Under the pieces are notes generated by a model. That model did no database searches. It was not told where the DNA came from and was given only the letters and a program-made list of their open reading frames with translations. From contig JAHQWG010000025.1 in the NCBI GenBank assembly GCA_029856045.1, forward strand, positions 1 to 64,000: a DNA stretch of 64,000 nt, in the 5' to 3' direction. The stretch is from Promethearchaeia archaeon (GTDB lineage: Archaea > Asgardarchaeota > Lokiarchaeia > Sigyniarchaeales > SOKP01). The translations under genes and the position numbers were made by a program. Shown piece by piece: positions 48,722 to 59,890 of the stretch. The number at the start of each line of letters is the position of its first letter. Position 1 is the stretch's first letter.

Positions 48722-50479
48722 ATGATAATTAATATAAATGCATTAGAGAGAGTTATTGAACTTAATATTGAACAATATTATCCTGTTCATAGTTATATAA
48801 AATTAGATTGCCCGAAAGATAAACCCAAATATACTATTTTATGTATGAACCAGCAAGTTATGACTGTCGAAGAATATATTGAATTAAGACGTCAAACTGC
48901 AAATATTGAAATCAACGAATATTTAATAAAATTGCTTCAGACGGGATTAAAATATGTCTTATTCGCAGCACCTATCCTTTTAATAGATCATGAAAAAGAA
49001 ATGAAAGAGTTGAAAAAAACTAAACCTGATAAGAATAATTATGTGATGAAACGAAATGTACTCATTGAAATTGAAAAGCTTATGCAAGGTGGTGTGTTAT
49101 CTCCCCATACTTCAGAAATTTCTGAAGATCAAAGTGATATACCAGTTCTATTGGAAAATATTTTTCCTCAATCAAATGGGGTCTTTATTGGGCGTTTATT
49201 GTATGATAAAACAAATGTATATATTCCAATCAAGTCATTACCGGTTCATTTAGGAATTATTGGAACGACAGGAGCAGGGAAATCTAATTTAATGCAAGTT
49301 ATGATTAATGGAGCAGTTGATCATAATTTAGAAGTAAAAACTAAGAATTTAACTAATATTCCATTAGTTTCTTCACTTGCAATAGACCCACATGATGAAT
49401 ATGCTTTGGGACCAGAAGGGAGGGGATTATATCACCTTGTTAATTTATTAGATTTAAAAATTAGAAATGATATTTTTGGTTCTTTTTTCTATTTATATCC
49501 AAGGGGGACAAGAATTCAAAGCATATTATCTCCTTTTTCTTTAGAATGTGTTATAAATTACGAGGAAATAACTCCTTTGGATGTATTAAATGTTCAAAGT
49601 TTTACTGGGGTACAATCTGAAGTTATGGAAGCAGAGTATTTTGTTGCTCATGATGATTGGATTGAAGATATATTAACCGGTACTTTAACCTCATCTGGAC
49701 ATCATGATGCTTCTATAGCTGCTGTACGAAGAAGATTACGTCCTATTGAAAGATCTAATATTTTTCAGCCCCAATCAGCGAATAGTTCAACCTTGCCTGA
49801 AATTATTTACGCTTTGGAAAGTGGTAAAACTTTAGATTTTAATTGTTCCTTGTTAAGTGATTTTGAAATGTTTCTTTTTAATACAGTTGTGGCAAGAACA
49901 ATTTTCAATATTAGGAAAGCGCTAAAAGCATCAGCTACTATGACTGATTTTAAGGCTCAATTATTCTCTCGTTTGCCCAACTCGTTCGTTAAAAGTTATG
50001 AAAATAAATTGAACATATATATTACCAAAGGAAACGAAGTTAAAGATCCAACAGATATGCCAATTGTAGTTTTTACAATCGAAGAAGCTCCCTCTATACT
50101 CAACCCAGATTTGATGAGGGGCCCAAATATCTTCAAAGATATAGCAAGACAAGGAAGAAAATTTCATATTTCATTGGCTGTGATTAGTCAACAGATTTCT
50201 ACATTAGATAATGCAATAATTTCAAATCTTAACACATATATTGATTTACCTGTTGGTAGTGATAAAGAGAGAAGAGGGCTTATTGATAATGCTTCAAGCT
50301 CAATCCAGATAAATGATCTTAAATCTTTGGAGGGGACATTAGGCGTTTCAATAATAAACGGAAATTGGCTTACAAAATTTCAAAAGATCATTATTCCAAG
50401 ATATAAAGATCATTTTGAAGAAAATAAAGCAAAATATAGTAGATATAAATCAATAGGTACGAAGACTCCCTTGATTTAA
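48722..50479 (+). CDS. herA: HerA helicase/translocase
   Basis: HLGIIGTTGAGKS, IDPHDEY, IEEA, IARQGRKF...L..ISQ. Confidence 0.88.
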   Translation: MIININALERVIELNIEQYYPVHSYIKLDCPKDKPKYTILCMNQQVMTVEEYIELRRQTANIEINEYLIKLLQTGLKYVLFAAPILLIDHEKEMKELKKTKPDKNNYVMKRNVLIEIEKLMQGGVLSPHTSEISEDQSDIPVLLENIFPQSNGVFIGRLLYDKTNVYIPIKSLPVHLGIIGTTGAGKSNLMQVMINGAVDHNLEVKTKNLTNIPLVSSLAIDPHDEYALGPEGRGLYHLVNLLDLKIRNDIFGSFFYLYPRGTRIQSILSPFSLECVINYEEITPLDVLNVQSFTGVQSEVMEAEYFVAHDDWIEDILTGTLTSSGHHDASIAAVRRRLRPIERSNIFQPQSANSSTLPEIIYALESGKTLDFNCSLLSDFEMFLFNTVVARTIFNIRKALKASATMTDFKAQLFSRLPNSFVKSYENKLNIYITKGNEVKDPTDMPIVVFTIEEAPSILNPDLMRGPNIFKDIARQGRKFHISLAVISQQISTLDNAIISNLNTYIDLPVGSDKERRGLIDNASSSIQINDLKSLEGTLGVSIINGNWLTKFQKIIIPRYKDHFEENKAKYSRYKSIGTKTPLI

Positions 50480-50505
50480 ATAGTTAAACAAAAAGTGGAT
50501 TATTT

Positions 50506-51669
50506 GTGGGATTAAAAAAATATAAATTAATAGAATTAGAAGAATCACTGAAAAAGGCAGAATTACCCGCTCAAATAGAAGAATTAAAAAAAGAACACGT
50601 TCAGTGGACCAAGGAAAAAAAAGAATTAAGAGATAAATATAAAGAAGAACTTGAAAAAGAAAAAACAGATATTATTATTAAACAAATGAAGCATAAGCCT
50701 ATTAAAGGCGTAGATGAAACATTTTTTAAGCAAGGAGGGTTATTAATTGGATTTGATGAAAGTCAAAATTCAAAGATTGGCACTTATGCAAGAGTTTCAT
50801 GCTTTAAATTCGGAGAAAGTCAGGTAAGTTATGAAGATAGTAGATATAAATATAGAGATTATATGTATGAGCCATTATTTGGATATTTAGAAGATAGCTA
50901 TCAAAAAATTAAAATTTATACTGATGCAATAGAATATTTTGTGAAAAATTTAGAAGATGAATTCAAAGGAACCTTTTTGAAACATTCAGTTACCGAAATA
51001 AGAAAATGGTATGAAAAAGTATTTCCCGTGGAAACAGGATTAGAATGGAAACATAATTTACCTTCTGTAGGTCATGTTGCTGATCGTATTAGAACAGCAG
51101 ATGAATTATTATGTACCGTTATAAGAATGAAACAAATTAAGACTGAATTTCCAGATCGAGATATTATATTTTTAGGAGATGGTATTAGTGCTTTTAGACC
51201 TCATATTTTTCCCCCAATTCATTTTGTTCAATTTTTTCTTAAATTTCTCAAGGAATATAAATTAAAATATTATACTTTTTCAAAAACTTGTAGATTACGT
51301 GAAAAAGATACTGGTGTTTTTATTTTACCCGTGTTTTCTAAAATTATTGAAAAAGATCCATTTATAGTAGAGATACCACAAAAACATTCAGTAAGCAACT
51401 CTCACCTTGTAAGATTGATAAAAAGAGATATGCCTGCCTTGAGATTTGACGTCCCAAGAGAGATTGATTTAAGTGGAGCAATTGCAATTGTTAAAAAGAT
51501 TATTCCACTTTCTCCACTTGGCTATCCATTATGTCTAGAGCACGCTCATAATGCAGGTAGATTGACGAATTTGGAATGGAGAATATTAGATATTAAATTT
51601 AGAGGTGCTCAAGAAGATCCTAGAACTAAAAATTTAGTTTCAAATTTAAGAAAATATGTTCTACCTTAA
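50506..51669 (+). CDS. nurA: NurA nuclease
   Basis: GFDES, E, LGDG, SKT, GYP.CL..AH; directly after herA. Confidence 0.8.
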   Translation: MGLKKYKLIELEESLKKAELPAQIEELKKEHVQWTKEKKELRDKYKEELEKEKTDIIIKQMKHKPIKGVDETFFKQGGLLIGFDESQNSKIGTYARVSCFKFGESQVSYEDSRYKYRDYMYEPLFGYLEDSYQKIKIYTDAIEYFVKNLEDEFKGTFLKHSVTEIRKWYEKVFPVETGLEWKHNLPSVGHVADRIRTADELLCTVIRMKQIKTEFPDRDIIFLGDGISAFRPHIFPPIHFVQFFLKFLKEYKLKYYTFSKTCRLREKDTGVFILPVFSKIIEKDPFIVEIPQKHSVSNSHLVRLIKRDMPALRFDVPREIDLSGAIAIVKKIIPLSPLGYPLCLEHAHNAGRLTNLEWRILDIKFRGAQEDPRTKNLVSNLRKYVLP

Positions 51670-51850
51670 AAAAGAAGTCTTTCTTTCTCAAAAGTATTGA
51701 ATAACCTTAAGATAGAATAAAAATTAAAAATTTGATTCATAAATCATTTTTAAATAATGAGATAAATATCGTTTGGTTTATAAGGAATTACAAAAAATAA
51801 AAAATGAAATTTTCAAGAATTCATAATTTACAACTTAAAAGGTATTAGAA

Positions 51851-53008
51851 ATGGGGAAAAAACCAATTACCGCAAAAAAATCTACCCCTCCGAAAAAAGA
51901 TTCCACTCAGACTAATAAAGAACAAGTAAATAACACCAAAACTCCCGAAAAAAGGAAAATTACTACTAAAGGCTCCATAAACAAAAAGAAATCAACTTCT
52001 ACAAAAAAAAAGGAACCCAAGGAAAAATTAAATTCCTTAAAAATTCTTAAAAAATCTCCATATTTAAAACACTCAACCTCCGTTCAAAAAAATAAAAAAG
52101 TACTTACTTTGAAAGAACTTTTTGAAAATAATCTCGTTGATAAAAAGGAAAATAAAATGGAGATTATTTTAACTGGGCAATATCAAAAAGTAATTGAATT
52201 GATAATGGAAACAGATGCAGCTAATTTAACTCCAATATTGGTTGGGCCACCTGGTGTTGGTAAAACAACATTATGCAGATATTATGCTCAAATAAGGGCT
52301 GAGATAACTGGAAATGATTCTTTTGAATGGTTAACATTTGATGAATCAACTAAACCATCTCATTTAGTAGGTTCTTTTAATCCAGCGATAACAATTCAAA
52401 AGGGATTCTTGTTTGATGCTTTCAATCCCGGTCCACTTACAAAAGCGATGTTGATGGGTGGAGTGTTTCTTGCAAATGAAATTAATAGAGCAACGGAATA
52501 CACTCAAAATTCTTTATTAGAACCATTGGAAGAAAGAATGATTTCTATTCCTCATATTGGACGAATAAAAGCATCACCTGGTTTTTTCTTTATTGGGGCA
52601 ATGAATCCATCGGAATTGGTAGGTACACATCGACTTGGAGAAGCGCTAAAGGATCGTTTTAATGTTTGGATAGAACTTGATTATCCCAAGAAACAGACGG
52701 AGATAAAAATAATCGAGCATAATAACCCATACTTTAAAATTGAAGAGGGTTTATTGGAAAAAATATATTTACTTGTTAATCGAACGCGAACTCACCATCA
52801 GATTCAGATTCCAGCAAGCCTAAGGAGTGGTATTACAATGGCTCGGCTTACTGGTATCAATATCTCAAAAAATCAAAAATTGAATTCAAATAAAATTTTG
52901 GGAGAAGTGGCAAATTATGTTTTAGCTGGATCTATTCAACCTAAACCTGGTATTAAAGCAAAAGATATCGTCAGAAGTATTATTACTCAAGTTATTGGAA
53001 CTTCTTAA
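51851..53008 (+). CDS. MoxR/CoxD-like AAA+ ATPase with a K/T-rich N-terminal tail
   Basis: GPPGVGKT, GPL..AM..G, FLANEINR, AMNP, ALKDRF, SLR. Confidence 0.88.
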   Translation: MGKKPITAKKSTPPKKDSTQTNKEQVNNTKTPEKRKITTKGSINKKKSTSTKKKEPKEKLNSLKILKKSPYLKHSTSVQKNKKVLTLKELFENNLVDKKENKMEIILTGQYQKVIELIMETDAANLTPILVGPPGVGKTTLCRYYAQIRAEITGNDSFEWLTFDESTKPSHLVGSFNPAITIQKGFLFDAFNPGPLTKAMLMGGVFLANEINRATEYTQNSLLEPLEERMISIPHIGRIKASPGFFFIGAMNPSELVGTHRLGEALKDRFNVWIELDYPKKQTEIKIIEHNNPYFKIEEGLLEKIYLLVNRTRTHHQIQIPASLRSGITMARLTGINISKNQKLNSNKILGEVANYVLAGSIQPKPGIKAKDIVRSIITQVIGTS

Positions 53009-53042
53009 TTAAAAAATTGCAATGATCAAAAAAGGATAAAAA

Positions 53043-55607
53043 ATGGTATTATTTCCTGAAAATCCAGTGACGTTTTCAATTAAATTAATTCGAACGTTAA
53101 GAGATTCCCCGAAATGTTCGAATAAACCTTCACTTCGTCAAGCTATCGCGATTTGTAGACTTATTTTATCGAGATTTATGTATAGAGGTCGTTGTGATAT
53201 TGAAGATTTCGTAGAAATCGCAGTTATAACTAGCCCATTAGAAAATCAGGAATTGGTTAGAAAAATTGCAATAGAACTTTTTACATATAGAGATGATTCA
53301 AAGAAAAACACCATGAAAGATTTATTAGACAATTCTGAATTATTAAGTGATAAAAAAGCTAGCTCACTTATTGACGATGAAATGGATGAATTAAGCGATT
53401 TGGAAAAAGTGTTCGATGATTTAGAATATTTAAAAAATAATTTAGAAGCACTTGAGGATTTAAAATTAGATCAAAAGGAAGATTCAACATTTGATGACCT
53501 ATTTAATAATTACGAGAAATTTTTAGAGGAACAACCGTATAAAACTGCTTTAAATGTTGTAGAAAATAAAGAAACTTTTAACTCTAAAAATTTAAATGAT
53601 TTAAACTCACTCCTTGAACGCGCAAAAGAAATTATAAATGAGAAAATAAATAATTTGGAACCAGAGGATATTGGCGCCGCTAAAAATTTAGAGATGCTAG
53701 ACGAGATAGTTGATAAAGTGAAAAAACCTCAAGAAAAATTAGTTTCAGAATATGCAAAAGATAATGACCTTGAAAAATTTTGTGAATCTTTGGAAGATAT
53801 TTTTCAAAATAATTTTGAAGAGGGATTAAATGCATTAGATTTTGCGTTAAAATCTGAATTATTAGATACCAATTCACAAAAAGATGCTAAGAATGTATTA
53901 GAAAGAAAAATGTCTGAGATGGGTAGAAATGTAAATGATTTATTTAATGCGTCAAAAACTTTGGGGACTAAAATAGATTTAGATGAAAATGAGCTAGGTG
54001 AGATTTTAAAAAATAGTTCTGATTTACCCTTTGAAGAAACTTATCAAAATATTAAGAATTTTGACCAATATTTTGGAGGAAATCTATGCGATCAATATTT
54101 AGACAATTTATCTAATAATATAGCTCAAATTGATAATGATGAAAATATTCGAGATGAATTAATTAAAAACCCAAGTAAAATTCCTGGATGGAGAAAGATG
54201 GTAGATAAACTTATTGATAAAGAGACCGAACAAATTTATAATGATTACCAAAATTCTCCAAGCTTACCTATTCAACTCAAAAATTATGCAGATAATTTAA
54301 TTAAATCACAATTAGATTGTACTGAAATGCATTGTAGAACCCAACTAGGTAATAAAATTTCTGATTTGGTTAACAAAACTGTAGAGTCTTCACCAGATAA
54401 AGAATATTTAAAAAATATTGTAAAAAGTTTTGAAAATATGGGTTATATCCCAGATATTGATGCTATTAAAGAGACTGGGAAAAAATTAAATATGACTGAG
54501 GAAGAAATATTAAACCTAATACAGCCAAATTTTCGATATCTTAAAAAAGAAGTGGAAAGAAACGAAGGTTCTTATGAGGAATATAAAAATCTTATTAATC
54601 ATATAGACCTTAGTCCCTCTCAAGTTAATCAACTAGTTAATTCCGCTGTAGGAGGAGATTCGCCGAATTTGGAAGTACTGACAGCTTTATGTGAAAATCA
54701 TCTTGGAAATGTAATAAATGCTGCAGAAAAACTAGGAGAACAAGCTCTTGAAAATGTTTTATCAGCTATAGGTGCTGGAGGTGGGCTAGATCTCTTAGAA
54801 CAATGGTATTTATCTAGACATAATATTTCACCTAGAGTTAGGAATAAAATAAAGGAATTGATAAGAGAGATAATGATTGATTTGGGTATTAAATGCGCTA
54901 ATTCATTTATTGGAAGTGCAAATGCGGGACCTTTGGTTGAAAATGTTGTCATTCCATATACAATTGGAGATGATTTCGAACTAATTGATTTAGAAGATAC
55001 TATAAATAACTTAATGGAATCGGGAAAAAATGTAGAAATGATTTCTAATGATGATTTTTTAGTTCATAAAACTTCTCAAGGCCTTAGAAATTTGGTACTT
55101 GAATTAGATATTAGTGGAAGTATGTCAGGAGATAAATTAGCTTATATGGCATTATGTGTAGTTATGTTAGTATATGCATTCAAACCTGAAGAAATCGCGT
55201 TAACATTTTTTGAATCTAATACACATAAGCTTAAGGATCTCGACGAAGAAGTAGATATAGAAGAGGTTGTTGATGAATTATTGGAGATTCGTGCACGAGG
55301 TGGAACTTGTATTCATTCTGCGTTAAATTGGGCAAATCTTCAATTTGAAAAGAAAGCTAGATCTAAAGTAAATATCAATATTCTTTTTACAGATGCTGAT
55401 GTTTTCGATTTTTCCAACTCAATGGAAGAGCTCGAAAAATTAAAGGAAAAGGATGTAAGGTTTGTAATGGTAGTTCCTAAATTTGGATATTCTCCAGTTA
55501 TGGCAAAAAAAATGGTTGATGCTGCAGATGGCGTTTTATTGACATTAAATCAGTGGAGAGATTTTCCGAAATTAATCTCTCAAATTATAACAAACCAGAT
55601 GTTGTAA
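53043..55607 (+). CDS. Large acidic VWA (CoxE-like) protein
   Basis: C-terminal MIDAS DISGSM, GGT, FTD. Confidence 0.85.
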   Translation: MVLFPENPVTFSIKLIRTLRDSPKCSNKPSLRQAIAICRLILSRFMYRGRCDIEDFVEIAVITSPLENQELVRKIAIELFTYRDDSKKNTMKDLLDNSELLSDKKASSLIDDEMDELSDLEKVFDDLEYLKNNLEALEDLKLDQKEDSTFDDLFNNYEKFLEEQPYKTALNVVENKETFNSKNLNDLNSLLERAKEIINEKINNLEPEDIGAAKNLEMLDEIVDKVKKPQEKLVSEYAKDNDLEKFCESLEDIFQNNFEEGLNALDFALKSELLDTNSQKDAKNVLERKMSEMGRNVNDLFNASKTLGTKIDLDENELGEILKNSSDLPFEETYQNIKNFDQYFGGNLCDQYLDNLSNNIAQIDNDENIRDELIKNPSKIPGWRKMVDKLIDKETEQIYNDYQNSPSLPIQLKNYADNLIKSQLDCTEMHCRTQLGNKISDLVNKTVESSPDKEYLKNIVKSFENMGYIPDIDAIKETGKKLNMTEEEILNLIQPNFRYLKKEVERNEGSYEEYKNLINHIDLSPSQVNQLVNSAVGGDSPNLEVLTALCENHLGNVINAAEKLGEQALENVLSAIGAGGGLDLLEQWYLSRHNISPRVRNKIKELIREIMIDLGIKCANSFIGSANAGPLVENVVIPYTIGDDFELIDLEDTINNLMESGKNVEMISNDDFLVHKTSQGLRNLVLELDISGSMSGDKLAYMALCVVMLVYAFKPEEIALTFFESNTHKLKDLDEEVDIEEVVDELLEIRARGGTCIHSALNWANLQFEKKARSKVNINILFTDADVFDFSNSMEELEKLKEKDVRFVMVVPKFGYSPVMAKKMVDAADGVLLTLNQWRDFPKLISQIITNQML

Positions 55608-55622
55608 GAATAAGTTCATAAG

Positions 55623-57995
55623 GTGATATTTATTAATCTTAAAAATAATTTGGAAAATATATCCTTGTTTAGAAGTCGAGTAATCGGTGCTCGATTAAGT
55701 AGAGGAAAAAACATTCCCAATAAAAATATTTTAAATTTTAATATTATCACGGAACCACTCATTAACATATTAGCTAATATTCAAGGTTCGGGGGATAATA
55801 TATATGTAATAAATATTTTTGAAGAAGAAGATAAAAATTTTAATATTATTCACGATTGTCCTGATTTTAAGAAAGGAAATAATTATTGCAAGCATATTGT
55901 TAAATTATTTCTTGTTCTAGATAATGAAACTTGTAAAAATATTTGCTCTAATTTTATTCATTTTACATCAGATTTTAACTCAATAAAGAAAAGTAAAGCA
56001 AATAGTTATATAATTAAATCAGAAAATTTAATTAAAGAGTCTAAATACCTTGAAGCAATTAATTATTTAAAGAGTGCTTATGAAGAATCAAAAAATTTTG
56101 AATATATTGAAAAAATTTTAGAAATAGCGAAGAAATTTGATCTGCCAGATCAATTTATTAAATACGTTAAAAAAAAGGATGAGACTGTTCAAAAACATAA
56201 AGAAGTATTTCCAAAATTTATTAATTTAATTTTTAAGAAAATAAATGAATATACATACCAAAATTTTATAGATATATTAATTAGCATACGAGAAATCTTA
56301 ATTAAATTACCAGAAAATGATGCAATTAATATATTAAAAGAAATTAAACTGGATTTATTGAAAGATCCGCTATTTAAATTTATGTTATTATACCAAATTA
56401 GTCCAAGAATTGAAATTAATAAATATTATCCCGAATTATTGAAAGAATTTCAAATTAAAGAAAAAAATGTAGAAAAAATAAACATAAAAACTATTTTGGA
56501 AGGATATTTTTCAAATTTACTTAATGAAGCAATATTAAATATGGAATCCGAAGAAGTAATTGATTCCTTTTTGAAAATTGCTGATATTTTTAGATTTACC
56601 AGTTATACAAGTATTTTAAGAAAAATAAACGATTATAAAAAGAAATTGGAAAAAATCTATTTAGAAGGCTTAAAATTAAAGCATGCATTTATAAGATCTC
56701 TTGTTATTACTAATACTAATACAGACAAACTTAGACAGATAAAGTTTAATTATAGATATAAATATCCTTCATTGATATGGGCGGGTGTTAGGAAGAAACA
56801 AGAAAAACCTTTATTTTTTTTCATATTAGAAAAGTGTGGATTCGATAAACACCATTTACAATATACCCATATCGACAATTTTATTGAAAATTTTCCGGTT
56901 TTTTCGGAAATATTTGATGGTAATAATCCCATTCCTAATAAAATTAGAACTTTTTGGGAGACTGATAAACCAAAAATAACAAATATTATTCATGAGTCCT
57001 TTTTAACTGAATTGGATTTTGAAGTAAATTATGATAACTTAGATAATTACATTTTGATTGAATGGGATTTGGCGCAGAAACCGATTTTGGGAAGTTATAT
57101 TTGTCAATTTTTTGAGGGATATTTAATTCCCGATCAAAACCATCCTTTAACTTACGAGATTAAACCCTTTGATTTAATTCTTTGTGAACATAACCCAATA
57201 ACAATTAAAGGAAATAATGTAAAGGTTTATCAACCAATAAAAAGAGTTAATGTAAAAACAGCAATTGAATTAGTCTATGCAGGTATTAGATTTATTGTTA
57301 ATTATTTGCCATTTAACGTGATACAAGATCTAAAAGATATGAAATTAGATGAAATTGATGCTTATAATCAAGTAAGTAATCAGCTTGCAAATATTTTTAG
57401 TCCAAAAAAAGAACAATTCAAAAATGCATTTAATAATTTTGTTCATAATAAAATTAGCATGGATCTCAATAAGATATATTTGAAAACTATCAAGAAATCC
57501 AATTATAAAGAAAAAGTTCTGAAAATGGTAGGATTTTATCGTTATTCTAAAATCTTTAATGAAAAAGCAGCTTTACAACCGTTTGGATTTAGTAATTTAA
57601 AGAGAAATTCTTTACAAGAGTTAAAAATGGACTTGAAAAAGTTAATCTCAAAAAAACTTACAGACGTAATAAAATTTAAAAAATTTGATCAAATTAATAT
57701 TGAAACTTTAAAAAAATTTTCAGAATTTAAAAAATGGACTGTTGGATTAATATATGAACTCAAACAACAACTTGATGAGTGTAAAATATACCAAATAACT
57801 AAAGAAGAATATGAAATACATGAATTATTCGAAACTTATTATGGGAAAGCGATTATTGGAGGGGATATTATTCTAAATCTTAAAAAAAAAGATGTAGATG
57901 GAAAAAAAAGATATTCAATTTCAAAAAAAGAGCTCTTTAAAATAATTGAAAATTTTAAATTCTTAAAAATCCAACCTCCAGAAATTATTAGCTAA
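55623..57995 (+). CDS. SWIM zinc-finger protein with a helical (TPR-like) region
   Basis: HDCPDF....YCKH. Confidence 0.7.
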   Translation: MIFINLKNNLENISLFRSRVIGARLSRGKNIPNKNILNFNIITEPLINILANIQGSGDNIYVINIFEEEDKNFNIIHDCPDFKKGNNYCKHIVKLFLVLDNETCKNICSNFIHFTSDFNSIKKSKANSYIIKSENLIKESKYLEAINYLKSAYEESKNFEYIEKILEIAKKFDLPDQFIKYVKKKDETVQKHKEVFPKFINLIFKKINEYTYQNFIDILISIREILIKLPENDAINILKEIKLDLLKDPLFKFMLLYQISPRIEINKYYPELLKEFQIKEKNVEKINIKTILEGYFSNLLNEAILNMESEEVIDSFLKIADIFRFTSYTSILRKINDYKKKLEKIYLEGLKLKHAFIRSLVITNTNTDKLRQIKFNYRYKYPSLIWAGVRKKQEKPLFFFILEKCGFDKHHLQYTHIDNFIENFPVFSEIFDGNNPIPNKIRTFWETDKPKITNIIHESFLTELDFEVNYDNLDNYILIEWDLAQKPILGSYICQFFEGYLIPDQNHPLTYEIKPFDLILCEHNPITIKGNNVKVYQPIKRVNVKTAIELVYAGIRFIVNYLPFNVIQDLKDMKLDEIDAYNQVSNQLANIFSPKKEQFKNAFNNFVHNKISMDLNKIYLKTIKKSNYKEKVLKMVGFYRYSKIFNEKAALQPFGFSNLKRNSLQELKMDLKKLISKKLTDVIKFKKFDQINIETLKKFSEFKKWTVGLIYELKQQLDECKIYQITKEEYEIHELFETYYGKAIIGGDIILNLKKKDVDGKKRYSISKKELFKIIENFKFLKIQPPEIIS

Positions 57996-58144
57996 AATTA
58001 TAGAAGACTTTTGATCATTTTTGAACAAAATAATTTGGTTAAATTAAATTTATTTAGAAAAGTTTTTTATCTGAATTTTTAATACTCCAAATTTTAATAA
58101 GCAACAAAAAATTCTACGAACTATCCAATATTCTGATCTATTAA

Positions 58145-58942
58145 ATGAAAAGAAAAATGTCTGAAACCAAAATATTAATTCCCCGAAGTTCAGGAGGTTC
58201 TTTAAGTGCAATTCATTTTATTACCTCGAACAATTTATTTAAGGATTCAAATAAAAAAGCTCCATTTGTAATAATATGTCATGGATTCACTGGTGATAAA
58301 TATGAGTGGGGTCGCTTTACGAAAACGGCGAATATTTTGAATGATGAAGGATTTGATGCGTTGATTTTTGATTTTTCAGGTTCTGGTGAGAATCAACGAG
58401 AACTCAAATTACTTTCTAAACAAGTGAAAGACCTTGAAGATGTTTACGCATGGGTAAAACAACATGATTATTCTTGGATTGCTATTATTGGTCTTTCCTT
58501 TGGTGCTCTTACTGTATTAAATGCTAATCTTTCTGGAATAAAGACAACTATTTTTTGGGCTCCTGGCTTTAATATTAAGAGAATATTTAAAAATGGAAAT
58601 ATTGAGTTAATTGAAATCTTAAAAAATCTTAGGAAACCTCCACTTAAAATACCTTCCTCAGGTGATAATGAACCTATTTGGTTAGATTACAGTTTTATCG
58701 AAGAGATTTTAAAAATCGATATAAATACACAACTTCGAACATTTACAACTCCAGCATTGATTGTACAAGGAAAGGCTGATACTACTGTTAAGCCCATTTA
58801 TACAAGAGAATCATTTGGATATTTTCCTCGAGATGAACACCATAAAATGATTGAAATTGATAATGCAGGCCATGATTTTAAAGATGAGCATCTTATAGAA
58901 TTTATTAATGCGACCATCGATTGGCTAAAAAAATACTTATAA
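58145..58942 (+). CDS. Alpha/beta hydrolase
   Basis: CHGFTG, FDFSGSG, GLSFG nucleophile elbow, QG..D..V, GHDF. Confidence 0.9.
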   Translation: MKRKMSETKILIPRSSGGSLSAIHFITSNNLFKDSNKKAPFVIICHGFTGDKYEWGRFTKTANILNDEGFDALIFDFSGSGENQRELKLLSKQVKDLEDVYAWVKQHDYSWIAIIGLSFGALTVLNANLSGIKTTIFWAPGFNIKRIFKNGNIELIEILKNLRKPPLKIPSSGDNEPIWLDYSFIEEILKIDINTQLRTFTTPALIVQGKADTTVKPIYTRESFGYFPRDEHHKMIEIDNAGHDFKDEHLIEFINATIDWLKKYL

Positions 58943-59227
58943 CTAAAAAAAATAACGTGATTGAGAATAATTAAAAAAACCCATAAAAACATATAGAATT
59001 AATTTATATTTATTTTGAATCATTCTATCTTTTAAAAGTAAAAACTTCTTTGTGATATTTGCAACAAACTAATTGTTTATAGATTTAATTATAGTATGGT
59101 TCTTTATTTGATTTCTATTCCTTAAAAGATTAATTATATCTTTGATTATTGCTGAATCAAGATTTCATATTGGTTTATCGGCTTAAATTTTTAATGAATC
59201 ATTTGCAAGAGCTCTTGCATAAAATAA

Positions 59228-59818
59228 TTAAGATCTTAATTTAACGAAGATAAATAAACCTATCCCAACAATTGCAACAATTATCCCAATAAGCGGGACT
59301 AATATAAATGTGCGAAAAAAATAAGAATCATACTGAGATGGATCTTGATGCCAATAGAAATATACTTCCATATCTTTTCCTTCAAACCACATTGTACAGT
59401 AGTCTGGGTAATAATCTCCATTATAGAGCATAATTTCATACTCTCTACCTCCCCCTAGCTCATATGTCATAAAACCAATTACACCGTTTCTCTCCTTATG
59501 ACAATAACAGATATTTAAAACATCGCCATCCCCAGGATATTCTAGAAGAAAAACAGAAAAGATTGATTCATTGCCATAATTCGAAAGCCATATATTTACA
59601 GAATCATTTTGATGGTGTTTTATAATTTTGTAATAATTAAATTCCCAATCTTCAGTCCACCAAGTATGATAACAGGTATTATTAGTATCGTCTGAGATCT
59701 TAAAAGGGGGGTATAATAATGCATTATAATCTTGAAAAGTAAAGGCTTCAACATAAACAATAAATGATGTGAGTAGAGGAAAAAATAATAGTGAAATTAA
59801 ACAGATATTTCGTTTCAT
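59228..59818 (-). CDS. Hypothetical secreted protein with a C-terminal membrane anchor
   Basis: N-terminal signal peptide and C-terminal TM helix. Confidence 0.65.
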   Translation of the reverse strand: MKRNICLISLLFFPLLTSFIVYVEAFTFQDYNALLYPPFKISDDTNNTCYHTWWTEDWEFNYYKIIKHHQNDSVNIWLSNYGNESIFSVFLLEYPGDGDVLNICYCHKERNGVIGFMTYELGGGREYEIMLYNGDYYPDYCTMWFEGKDMEVYFYWHQDPSQYDSYFFRTFILVPLIGIIVAIVGIGLFIFVKLRS

Positions 59819-59890
59819 TAAATTATTTTTGTTTTTCAGATTTATAATTTATACCATATTTTTTAGGCTGAATTTTTCTTTATATAATTA

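Noticed and set aside
45318-51669. HerA plus nucleases as an anti-phage system
   Set aside because: Gene content matches the standard archaeal Mre11-Rad50-HerA-NurA repair operon
59204-59219. Perfect 16-bp palindrome TGCAAGAGCTCTTGCA
   Set aside because: Single copy in decayed intergenic DNA; no function can be assigned
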